Shown: one piece after another, positions 39,886 to 51,739 of the stretch
How the letters are laid out: every line of letters starts with the position of its first letter
Numbering within the stretch: the stretch's first letter is position 1
Source of the DNA: Malacoraja senta
Lineage: Eukaryota
Assembly (NCBI GenBank): GCA_038087875.1
Contig: CM075996.1
Coordinates: 10,728,001 to 10,792,000 of the forward strand
Length of the DNA: 64,000 bases
Direction: 5' to 3'
Notes under the pieces: generated by a model
Told to the model about the DNA's origin: nothing
Seen by the model: the letters and a program-made list of their open reading frames with translations, nothing else
Database searches by the model: none
Made by a program: the position numbers and the translations under genes

Positions 39886-41555
39886 GGAAACATAGAAAAA
39901 TAGGTGCAGGGGTAGGTCATTCGGCCCTTCGTGCCAGCACCGCCATTCAATATGATCATGGCTGATCATCCAACTCAGTATCCTGTACCTGCCTTCTCTC
40001 CATACCCCCTGATCCCTTTAGCCACAAGGGCCACATCTAACTCCCTCTTAAATATAGCCAATGAACTGGCCTCAACTACCTTCTGTGCAGAGAGTTCCAG
40101 AGATTCACCACTCTCCGAGTGAAAATGTTTTTCTCATCTCGGTCCTAAAGGAATCCCCTTTATCCTTAAACTGTGACCCCTTGTCCTGGACTTCCCCAAC
40201 ATCGGGAACAATCTTCCTGCATCTAGCCTGTCCAACCCCTTAAGAATTTTGTAAGTTTCTATAGATCCCCCCTCAATCTTCTAAATTCTACGAGTACAGT
40301 CGAGTCTATCCAGTCTTTCTTCATATGAAAGTCCTGACATCCCAGGAATCAGTCTGGTGAACCTTCTCTGTACTCCCTCTATGGCAAGAATATCTTTCTT
40401 CAGATTTGGAGACCAAAACGACCGCCATTCAATATGATCATGGCTGATATTCCATAATCAGTACCCGGTTCCGACTTTTTCCCCATATCCCTTGATTCCC
40501 CTTAGCCAAAGAGCTAAATCGAACTCTCTTGAAAATATCCAGTGAATTGGCCTCACTGCCTGCTGTGGCAGAGAATTCCACTGATTCACAACTCTCTGGT
40601 GAAAAAGTTTTTCCTCATCTCAGTCCTAACAGGCAACCACTTATTCTTATACTGTGACCCCTTTTCTCGACGCCCCCAACACACGGAATACTTTTGCTGC
40701 ATCTAGCTGTCCGATCCTTTAAGAATTTTATATGTTTCTAGAAGGAACCCTCTCATCCTTCTAAATTCCAGCGAATTCAAGCCCAGTCGACCCATTCTTT
40801 CATCATATATAACAGTCCCGCCATCCCGGGAATGAACCTGGTGAACCTACGCTGCACTCCCTCAATAGCAATAATGTCCTTCCTCAAATTAGGAGACACA
40901 CAATACTCCAGGTGCGGTCTCACCAGGGTCCTATACAACTGCAGTAGGACCCCCTTGCTCCTAAACTCAGATCTCTCGCAATGAAGCTTTCTTCACTGCC
41001 TGCTGTATCTGCATGCTTACTTCAGCGACTCATGGACAAGCACACGCAGGTCTCGTTCCATCTCCCCTTCTCCTAAACTTGACACCATTCAGTTAATAAT
41101 CTGCCATCCTGTTCTTGCCACCAAAGTGGATAACCTTCACATTTATCCACATTATATTGCATCTGCCCATTCACCCATCCTATGCCAAATCACCTGCAGC
41201 CTCATAGCATCCTCCTCGCAGCTCACACAGCCACCCAGCTGTCGGTCATCCGCAAACTTGGAGATTGCATTTAATTCCCTCGTCTACATTGTTAATATAT
41301 ATTACAAATAACTGGGGTGCCAACACTGAGCCTTGTGGCACCCCACAAGTCACTGCCTGCCATTCAGAAGAGGACCTGTTAATTCCTACTCATTGCTTCC
41401 TGTCCGCCAACCAGTTCTTTATCCATGTCAATACCCTACCTCCAATACCACGTCTTGCGTGGGACCTTGTCAAAGGCTTTTTGAAAGTCCAGATACACCA
41501 CATCCACTGGCTCTCCCTTATCCATTCCACTTCCTCAAAAAATTCCAGATTATTC
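39886..41555 (-). mobile_element. Two abutting CR1 fragments
   Basis: CR1 tail at 39886 and a second CR1 3' UTR from about 40420; many single-base indels. Confidence 0.9.
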
Positions 41556-41967
41556 AGAAGAAAAATTCAGCCCTGCCCCCGTCAGAGAGTCCAGTGAGTC
41601 CGACCTTAGCGGTGTGTTACTCGCTGTGGTTGACGTGCAGCTCAGTCTCTTCTCTAAGACCGACGTCACCCCGATTGTGGCGACTTGATTGGCAGAGCCG
41701 GCAATTGTGACTTTGAAGACTTTGCTGAAAATATTTTTTGTCCTTCCCGGAAGTTTGGGTTGAAATGCGTCTCTTTTCCCTTGAAAGTATCCGCTGGTGA
41801 AATAAAGAAAGGCAGAAGCATTTGACTTGAGCAGTCCGTCAACACAGACACGCACGCAGACGCAGAGTGAGAGAGGGCAGCAGGCAGACACGCAGCTTTA
41901 AAGCAAGCGCGAGGAAGAATTTTTGTCTTTTCTCTTTTTTTTTACTTTGAAAATCTCCCAAAAGGGA

Positions 41968-42154
41968 AGTGCACCGTTCCCAGAGGCACTGCAATACTGG
42001 GTCGATGCGTGGAGTGGACGGAGCAAGCCCCTATTCCATCTCCCTGTTCCAAAAATCAATTTATATTATGGTCCCTAGATAAGGACGTATTCAGATATTA
42101 AACTGATAAGAACAGATACTACACTTGATCTTAGCCAAAAGGCCGAGAAACAAT
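41968..42154 (-). ncRNA. RNU2: U2 spliceosomal snRNA (variant copy, function uncertain)
   Basis: Minus strand reads ATTGTTTCTCGGCCTTTTGGCTAAGATCAAGTGTAGTATCTGTTCTTATCAG...ATTTTTGG...GGAACGGTGCAC. Branch-point-pairing GTAGTA and Sm site intact; 3'-box-like TTTTCAAAGTAAA about 15 nt downstream. Confidence 0.95.
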
Positions 42155-42758
42155 ACCCGCAACTGCGCGCACCCTTTCGCATCCTGCCTGCCCTCCCGGT
42201 TCCGAGCCAGCCTGGGGGCCTGCAAAGGCCTCCCTCGCCAGCCCCGCCGCCGTTTGGTGGCGTTTCTCCCCCCCCTCATTACCTTTAAATTGTAGTTTTA
42301 TGTAATCCTCCCATAATTTCTGAGTTCCATTTCACAATATCTATCAGATGTTGCAAGGTAATATCTTGCCAAACTCAGTTGTATTTTCTATCTCATAAAT
42401 ATCACAAAATATGCCATTGTTTCAGCCACATTATGACAAAATATAGAATGTAGGTTATTTGTTATCAGAAATCCCATCCCAGAAACAACAGTACTTAAAG
42501 AACATTTGTTTTACTAAATTACGAGCATGTACAAGCATTACGAAGTTGATCCATAACCAACAAAAGTAGTGATAATTGCATAAAATGTATTATTGTCTAA
42601 GAAATTTGGTATGGAATGATAATCCATCTCAGTACTCATTTAGGCAAGTTCCAAACTATAGATACTTTCCCCCACCCCCAATCCCCCTCGCCCGATCTTC
42701 ATTGAACCTACCATTTGACTAATCTTTTACTCAGCTGCTGTAACGTTTCCTTCCAATC

Positions 42759-43383
42759 AAAATCTCTCTGTAGCATCTCTGTCCCTATCTTCCAATTCCC
42801 ACTGAAATAAAATACAACTTTTGTCTTTCGATTTTGACTTAAAAATTTCGCCAGCAGGATCGCCATATAAATGCAAATATATGGTATTTTATCCTAGCAC
42901 TCCCCCCCCCCCCCCCCCCCCACTACCACCACACAAGCGTAACTTGAAGCATTTGCATTTGGAGAAGTTCGATACGGACCAGGAATGAAAATTAATAGCT
43001 ATGAATCAATTAACAGCGAGCTACGAGGTTAGATGAAACACCTGTCAGAGGGCTAAGAAACAATCCTGAGTTGATGGCGTATTGTTTTAAGTGAGCATTT
43101 TGCAACGACCTCACCTTATATTCTGGTTAATATTCTTTCCACGAAATCTCCTATTTCACTGAAATTATATCAGTAGCCACCTTAATGTTCGTGCATTTAG
43201 TACTGCATTTAGTACTGAAACTACATCAACCAGGTGTGAAAATTACACTGAATCGAACGATGATTGAAAATGCGTGGGAATCGACTAATCGCGATCCTGC
43301 TGCGAAATGTTTAAGTCGAAAGCTATATTTTATTTCAAACTGGGAATTTGAAGATAGGGACAGAGATGCTACACAGAGATTTT
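42759..43383. mobile_element. Fold-back/MITE-like element with ~100-bp inverted ends
   Basis: 42759-42863 is the imperfect reverse complement of 43291-43383. Confidence 0.7.
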
Positions 43384-43814
43384 AAGCTCTTGGGTGAACT
43401 CGCACAGTGGGACAGGGCTTGAGGCAGCATCCATGGAGCGAAGGAAATAGCCGGGTCTGAAGAAGGGTATCGACCCGAAACGTTGCACATTTCCTTCGCT
43501 CCATAGATGCTGCCTCACCCGCTAAGTTTCTCCAGCATTTTTGTCTACCGCAAAACGTCAATGATTCCGGGAATTCTGAGAGAGCTAGAGAGAGAGGGGA
43601 GACGGGAGAGAGAGAGAGCGCGCGAGAGAGAGAGCGAAAGACAGATAGATACAACGTTGGTCGGTAGGTAAATTGAATGACTAACCTGCTGCAGACCAAG
43701 AATTTCACCAAGAAGTCCTCAATCATGATGGTGGAGTTTTAAGAGGATCATGTTGGGATGCGTCCAGCGAGGGTACACAGTTGGTCTATGTGAGGCCCTA
43801 CCGCCAGTCAGCCG

Positions 43815-44155
43815 AACACCGAAATGCTCTCCTAATGTTGGAGGAGCTACCTGATGCCCTCCACCAGCTCAGGAGAGGCACGTCCCCAGGACTGGATGGG
43901 CTGATGGTGGAGCTCCTTGGAACCTGTGGGATGTCCTGAGGGCGATTACATGAAGGTGCTGAGGGAGAGCCTGGCGACCGGGGACATGGCCCTCTCATGG
44001 CACAGGGCAGTTGTAGTCGCAGGGCAGAGATGCACAGGGCAGGACCCAAGGGGCTCTCATGGCACAGGGCAGTTGTAGTCCTGTTGCCCAAGAAGACGAT
44101 CTCCCGTCTGACAAAACATCCGTCCGGCCCCTCTCCTCGCACAGAGTACAAGGGT
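43815..44155 (+). mobile_element. Tx1-like RT N-terminal fragment
   Basis: LEELPDALHQLRRGTSPGLDGL..SWHRAVVVLLPKK, similar to Xenopus Tx1 ORF2; internal ~27-bp duplication. Confidence 0.75.
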
Positions 44156-44702
44156 AAAGGCCAATCATCTGGGCTCCATGTTATACCAAAGTAATGCAAC
44201 GAGTAAAATATGCTTCTCAGCTAAGAACAAAGTTATCTGCTATAAGCATTGATGGAGGCAGCAGGCTCGCTTGGAAAACAGTGCGGACTTTGGAAAAAAT
44301 TGTGTCACATTCAAGACAGCATGGTGGCGCTGCGGTAGAGTTGCTGCCTTACAGCGCCGGAGACCCGGGTTCGATCCTGACCACAGGTGCTTGCCTGCAC
44401 GGAGTTTGTACGTTCTCCCCGTGACCTGCATGGGTTTTCTCCTGGTTCCCCCCACACTCTAAAGATGTACAGGTTTGCATGGTAATGGTTTCAGTAAAAT
44501 TATAAATTGTCCCCAGTGTGTGGGATAGTGTTAGTGTGCAGGGATCACAGACTCGGTGGGCCAAAGGGCCTGTTTCTGCCCTGTATCTCTAAACTAAACT
44601 AACTCGGAAGAAACCAGTAAATCATAGGATCTCAGATCATACAGCTCGAGGACAGACAGCAGGAAGACAAGACAAACGTTTCTTGCCAGAGACGTCCGAG
44701 CC

Positions 44703-45903
44703 TGTAACTCAACTAAATAACTCCTGTTTATATAGCTAATCTAACAAGGGATAGTTGAGTGTAGGTTGGTGAAGAAGCGCAGGATTATTGAGCGCGTGTG
44801 CACACTGTGTGCGAGCTGCGGGACTTCACCTGGGACCAGGATCGGAATGGTGCCAGACCCTCGAGTTCCCAGACCTGCCAGAAGGGTGAGGTTTGTGCCT
44901 TTGATTCTCTTCCTGTATTTTACTATAATGAACAGCGCTTTGTTTCTTGAACCTTTTTTGTAACAGTTTAAGAAAAGTGGTAGGTCATTTAGGACTGAGA
45001 TGAGGAAAACATTTTCACCCAGAGTTGCGAATCTGTGGAATTCTCTGTTACAGAAGGCAGTGGAGGCCAATTCACTGGATGTTTTTGAAGAGTTAGATAT
45101 AGCTCTTCGGGATAACAGAATAGAGAGATATGGGGAGAAAGCAGGAACAGGGTACTGATTTAGGATGATCAGCCATGATCATATGGAATGGTGGTGCTGG
45201 CTCGAATGGCCTACTCCTGCACCTATATTCTATGTTTCTATGAAATATTCTCCAATCATTGGTCTGAATCCTGGAAAACCTGCTTGTATCGTTACATTGA
45301 TTGCGTAGTTGGCAGGATTTGGTGAAAAGGTGGATTGGAGAGTCAGAACTGAGACTGTCGGGGTCCCAGGGTGGACAGACAATGGGAAGGGTGGTCGCTC
45401 AGAAGATGCAAGAAGCATGGGCAGACACAATGGTGTAGCTAGTGGAGCCAGAGGCCCAGGTATAATGCTGACTTCGGGTGCTCTGTGTGGAGTTTGCATG
45501 TCTCATTGTGATCAAGTGGGTTTCTTCTGGGTGCCCCAGTTTCCTCCTACATCGCAAAGAATGCGGGTTTGTAGGTTAATGGTCTCTGTAAATAGCCCTT
45601 GGTGTGCAGGGAGTGGTTGAGAAAGTTGGGTAACATAGAACTAGTGTGAATGGATGATGGAAAGGACATGGTGGGCCAAAGGGCCTGTTTCTATGCCACA
45701 TCTCCAACTAACTAAATGGGGGCCACCTCAGTATTGGGAGAGTTGGGGGATAAGCTGCCACACTTCTGTCCTAGGCGAGGTCCCGTCAGCACACTCAATG
45801 TGCGCACACACACTCAATAATCCCGCACTTCTTCCCCAACCCACACTCAACTATCCTTTGTTAGACTAGGGTATGGGAACAGGGGTTATTTAGTTGAGCT
45901 ACA
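44703..45903. mobile_element. Element bounded by ~140-bp inverted repeats, interrupted by a CR1 tail and a SINE
   Basis: TGTAACTCAACTAAATAA... (44703-44840) versus ...TTATTTAGTTGAGCTACA (45765-45903). Confidence 0.6.
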
Positions 45904-47774
45904 TGGGCAGCATTTTATGAGAGGCATGGTGGCATAGCTACTGGCTTACAGTGCCAGAGACCTTAGTTCGATCCCGACTATACGGAGTTTGTACATTCTC
46001 CCCGTGACCTGCGTACGTTTCCCCCCGAGATCTTTGGTTTTCTCCAGGTGTTGTGCTTTGGGATGTTAATGTAAGGGGAAGGTTAATAGTTACGACCATT
46101 AACAGCACGGATGTGCAGAGGGAACCTGGAGTCCAAGCTCATAATAAATGAATGAATGAATACTTTATTGTCACACGAGACAAATCGCAGTGAAATTCTT
46201 TGCATGGTGTGCAAATAGTCGCTGTACATTTGGGTGCTGACTAAGTTAAAGTATCCTGAGCAAGGTCCTCCTTTGTTCTTCCCCCCCCCCCCCCCCTCCT
46301 CCCCTCCTTTGTTCTCTCCCCCCTCACGGCGGTTCCTCGTGCCGGGTCCTCCTTTGTTTTCGGCGGAGTGTCCTCCGGCTCCGAGGCCTGTCCTCGCCCT
46401 CGACGACCGCGGGTCGACCCGCGATGCTCCACCGACCCATGAGGCTTCTCCGTGGCTTCCTGGGAGGCAGCAGAACTCACTGAAGGTGGCAGCACAAAAG
46501 AAAGGTTGTAAATGAAGACAGATGGTCTGTTTACCTTCATACAAGTGGCATTGAATATAAGAGTCTGGACGTCATGATGCAGATCTATAGGTTTTTGTTG
46601 AGGCCACATTTGGAGTATTACGTGCAGTTCTGGTCACCCCATTACAGAAAAACTGTGTAGGTTTTGGATAGGGTGCAGAGCAGGTTTACCAGAATGCTGC
46701 CTGGATTAGTTTCATGTACAGGGAGAGGGTGGATAGATTTGGATTGTCTTCTCTGAAACATCAGAGGTTGAGGGAAGACTTGATAGAAGTATATAAGTAT
46801 ATATGATGAGACGCAGAGATAGGGTAGACAGTCAGAAACCTTTTTCCAAGGATGGAAATGTCCCACACCAGCAGTCGGCGTGTTCCTGGAGAGAGGCCAA
46901 TACAGGAAGGACAGCAATCTTCTGACCATGGACTGATATTGTGCGGTGACTGACGGAACTGTCAGGGAGAGGCACTGACCCTTCTACTATTCCTGCTTTA
47001 ACTTGTGCACTCAGTGACGAGTAGGTAGATGGGTCTGTAGATGGACAACTCCAGGGGTGGAATGTAATGTAACGGTTAAAGAGGCTTTGCAGCAAAGATG
47101 GAGTTGTCTGCTAACAGCACCACGTGCCCACAAGTCGCTGGCTTAGAAACAGTTCGATGTTTGGGAAAATGCTTGGGCTCAATTAGAAGCACCCAGTAAA
47201 TCATGTAACCCAGTAAATCAGTAACTCAGTGGTCCAGATAAGATAAACTTTTCATTCGAGACTAGCTCAGTGCTTGATTTAACCTTCTGTTTTGACCAAG
47301 AAGAACAGCTAGTTTTATAAACATAGCTAACTTTTGTATGTAGATTGGGGTAGAATCGCAGGCTTACTGAAGATATACTAATTTAATGCTGAATGGTCAA
47401 ATGGTTGAATCGGTTGACATCTGTTTCAGAGAATCCCCACAACACACAGCTGTTTATCAAAACTACTTTCATTATTTAAAGTTCAAATCCATCTCTCTGG
47501 GTATCTTTCACCTCTCCAATGTTCCTGCTCTCCCTCAAATGAATCAATTCTTTTTGGAACATAAAATCTTAACTACGTGGCATTGAGTTTCAAATACTGC
47601 TGAAGAAATTTAACTAATCAGCTACTGTTGTGCCCTTTGAACGGAGTCACTCAGTGGCAGAAGCTGGTTGATGTAAAAGAGAAACACATTCTAATGAAGA
47701 CCCTCTCGGTAGAATCTCCCAAACTCAAAGTACATCGAGTTTATATTGGCTTTAAACACAGAGACAATAAACAA

Positions 47775-48540
47775 TGAACGGGATCCCACTACTGGCCACA
47801 TCTTCCCATCTCCTCCCCTTTCTGCTTTCTACAGAGACCGTTCCCTCTGAAACTCCGTGGTCAACTCGTCCCATCCCACCCAAACCACCCCCTCCCCAGG
47901 TACTTTTCCCTGCAACTGCAGGAGATGCAACACCTGTCCCTTTACCTCCCCCCTCGACTCCATCCAAGGACACAAACAGTCTTTCCAGGTGAGGCAGAGT
48001 TTCACTTGCACATCCTCCAACCTCATCTACTGTATCCACTGTTCCAGGTGTCAACTTCTCTACATCGGCAAGACCGAGTGCAGGCTCAGCAATCATTTCG
48101 CTGAACACCTCCACCCAGTCTGTCTTAACATACCTGATCTCCTGGTGGTTCAGCACTTCAACTACCCCTCCAAGTCCCAATCTGACATTTCCGTCATGGT
48201 CTCCTCCATTGTCAGAGTGAGGCCCAGCACAAATTGGAGGAACAGCACCTCATATTTGGCTTGGGTAGTTTACACCCCAGTGGTGTGACTTCTCTAACTT
48301 CAGATAGCCCTAGCTTTCCCTCTCCATCCCTTCCCCTTCCCAGTTCTCCCACCAGTCTTACTGTCTCCAGCAACATTCTATCTTTGTCACACCCCCACCC
48401 CTGACATCAGTCTGAAGGGTCTCGACCCGAAACGTTACCTATTACCTCTCTCCAGAGATGCTGCCTGACCCGCTGAGTTACTCCAGCATTCTGTATCTCC
48501 CTTCGATTTAAACCAGCATCTGCAGTTCTTTCCTACACAA
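47775..48540 (+). mobile_element. Penelope-like element 3' part (GIY-YIG) with terminal repeat
   Basis: FTCTSSNLIYCIHCSRCQLLYIGKTECRLSNHFAEHL, followed by the GGGTCTCGACCCGAAACG-containing tail. Confidence 0.9.
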
Positions 48541-49959
48541 TAATCAATGAATTATCAAGTGCTAAAATTATCTACTGAGATTTAACTTTGAGTGCAGACA
48601 AATAAACTTTGGAGAATCACAATGGGGACATATTGTAGCTGCCAAGACACCTCTGATTATTCAAACTCCTTTGCTGGGACAGTGATTCAAAGGCAGGTCT
48701 AAAAGCTTCCCAGTCTGAAGAAGGGCCTCGACCCTGAAACGTCACCCCTTCCTTCTCTCCAGAGATGCTGCCTGTCCCGCTGAGTTACTCCAGCTTTCTG
48801 TGTCTATCCTTGGTTTAAACTAGCATCTGCAGTCCCTTCTTACACACATTACTGTTGCGAGGGCTGACTCCGAGTACACAAATACCCCAATTATTGACAG
48901 GCATACAAATATCCCCATTGGCCGTGTGTGTAGGAAGGAACTGCAGATGCTGGTTTATACCGATGATACCCTCGGGGTTCTGACCCGAGAAGTCACCTAT
49001 TCCTTTCCTCCAGCGATGCTGCCTGACCTCCTGGGTTACTCCAGCATGTTGTTTCTATCCCCATGACCATTCTTGATGTGCCAAGTGACAAATCAGTCTG
49101 GTCTGGATATTCCTTCATCTCTATTACAGCAGTGTGAAATATCTTCAGCTGAAGATTTCGGGTTTGCTGCAGGTCAGTAAACACCCAATTGTCTCAGTAG
49201 ACACCCTGCTTGTTTGGAAAGCTGTCCTTTAAATTCCAAAATGATTATAGTTTCCAATGTACATGAGAACAAAAATTCTGAATTTGGTTCTTGTTTGGAA
49301 TTAATGGCTGCTGCTCCAACATAAACTTACAACCTGAGATGCAATAAAATAGGTTTCGAGGATTGGGATTAATGAATAAGGGAATAACATTCTGGGCTAC
49401 AAACAACTATCTTTACTACAGCAAAATAAGTAAAGTACTGATAAAGGCACAAACCTCACGCTTCTGTACATCATTGTCTGCTGTCCGCGACGGCTGGTCT
49501 GGAGAACTCGAGGGTCCCGGCACAGCGCACACGGTTCTCAGTGAAGTCTCTCTCGCTCTCTCCCGCTTTCTCTCTTCCCCAAGTCGAAGTTCCTGTCAGC
49601 TCATTCGAAGCAAACACGTATAGGTTGTGACCAATTGTAAAATAAAGCAGTGGTCACGTATGAAGATTGGGGTAAAATGATGAAAGATTTTAAACTCCTG
49701 GGATGTGGCCACTGATATTTGTCCAAAGCCCATCGGCCTCACGTTGCTGCGGGGACTGTTTGAGAGCGGCTGCATTCTGTGCAGCATCAAGCCCACACTC
49801 AGAGCGTGTCTGTGTCTGCACTTCCATCACTGGCTTCAACCTCACTCCTTAAACAGTGAGAGGAGCCACAACTCCGTCCCTCTGAACCAAGCGTGAGGGA
49901 CGGGTCTTGCTGCCCAAACACTTGTCCAGAGGCACTGGTGCAACATTGCAGCTGAGGCA

Positions 49960-50250
49960 GCAGCAGCCTCGCAGACACAGTGTGTGTGAGATGCAGCTGC
50001 TGCCCCGTCCGCCCCTCCCTGGCCCACAGTGTGCGCGCGCGAAGAGTGCAGCTGCCTCTCCACCCAACCGCCGAGCTGCTCTCCCGGCACGTGACGGGGG
50101 CCAGTCCGGCTTCAACCTTTAACCGGCGCCTATTCCCACGATGCAAGACGTCACTTCTCGCGATGTTTGGGCGGCGCGGGAGCGGGAGCAAAGATTATAG
50201 AGCGGGAGCGGGTCGTCGACGGACGTTTCGTTTCCCGCCGACCCGGGGTG
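49960..50250. promoter_or_regulatory. CpG-island-like candidate promoter
   Basis: CpG-dense; CACGTG 50088-50093, GACGTCA 50147-50153, TCTCGCGA 50156-50163, GC boxes. Confidence 0.45.
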
Positions 50251-50283
50251 ACCAGAATTACCCCCTCACCCCCCCCCCCCCCC

Positions 50284-50316
<33 letters not shown>

Positions 50317-50674
50317 CCCTCATACCCCTCCCACTCATACCCCTCCCACTCACACCTCCCCCCCACACCTCCCCCCCACACCTCCCCCCCACACCTCCCC
50401 CCTCACACTCCTCACCCTCACACACCTCACCCTCACACACCTCCCCTTCACACCACACCCCTCCCCCTCACAGCTCACACCTCCCCCCACACCCCTCCCC
50501 CTCACCCCTCCCCCCCCCATCACTCTCCCCTTCCCATCACTCACCCCTCCTCCTCTCCCCTCTAGTACTCAGTAGTGTGACCAGAACTCTGCTTCCTACC
50601 CCGCCACGTGGTTCCTGTAACGGGGTGACCAGAACTGCTCTTCCCCCCTCACCACTCCCCCCCCCCCCCTTCAA

Positions 50675-51365
50675 TACAAGACAAGAGACATTTATTGTCA
50701 CATGCACCAATTGGTCAAGTGAAATTTGGGGTCACCATACAGCCATACAAATACAAAAAGAACAGAACACGACAGTCCTTAACATAAACATCCCCCACAC
50801 AGTGGAATCAAAGTTTCCCACTGTGAGGGAAGGCCAAAGTTCTGTCATCCTCTTCTTTGATGTTCTTTGTTGTTCACCCGTGGTCGGGGGCCTCCCGAAG
50901 CCCCCCGGAGTCACCACTACGGGCGGCCCGATGTTCAGGCCCTCTCGCCGGGATGATAGAACTCCGACGTCGGAACGGTGGAACATCCTCAGCGGCTTGG
51001 ACATCCGAATCGGCCACTTCCTACCGGAGACCGCGGCTCCCGAAGTCCACAGGCCGAGCTGGGCGGAGATTCTGCAAACCACAGCTCCGCGATATAGAAG
51101 CAGCAGGCCCAACACTCCGGAGCTTCAAATGGCGATCCAGGTAAGGCATAGCCTGCTCCACGGTGAATCCAGTACTGCGCCGCTGCTAAAGCTTTGGCCG
51201 GTCCCCGGCAGGAAAGACTGCCAATCCAGTTGGTAGGCCGCGAGGGGGGCGAGGCGAGGACGCGACTCGGAGAATAGTCGCATCCTCGCCAGGAAGTGAC
51301 TGGGAAACGGTTTCCCCCTTACCCTGCACCTCCCCCACATAGAAATACTAAAGAAACCTCCAAAA
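50675..51365 (-). mobile_element. GC-rich non-autonomous retroposon with TGACAATAAA tail
   Basis: Reverse complement of 2075-2378 plus 5098-5140; related element at about 59070-59897. Confidence 0.65.
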
Positions 51366-51739
51366 CACAAAGGGTGGTGGGTGTATGGAAAAAGCTGCCA
51401 GAGGGGTTGGCTGAGACAGGGACTATCCCAACATTTAAGGTACAGTTAAACAGGTACATGGATAGGAAAAGTTTGGAGGGATATGGACCAAACGCAACGG
51501 TGTGGACAGCATCTCAGACAAATAGCTATTTCACAGTTTTGGATTTGCCAGATTTCCAGAATCTGCTATTTTTTTGTTTTACTCCACCCTGATTTGCAAT
51601 CAATTAATGATGGCTCGCAGAATGATCCTGACCTGAAACGTTACCCATCATTTTTCTCCAGAGATGCTTCCTGACCTGAGTTACTCCAGCGCTTTGTATC
51701 TTTGGTATAAACCAGCATCTGCAGTTCCTTGTTTCTACT

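Noticed and set aside
34665..44155. Tx1 fragments as U2-targeting Keno-type elements
   Set aside because: Neither fragment is inserted in or abuts U2 sequence; proximity alone is not evidence.
49980..51236. Longest ORF, 418 aa
   Set aside because: Runs through C/A low-complexity DNA and an antisense retroposon; Pro/His-rich artefact.
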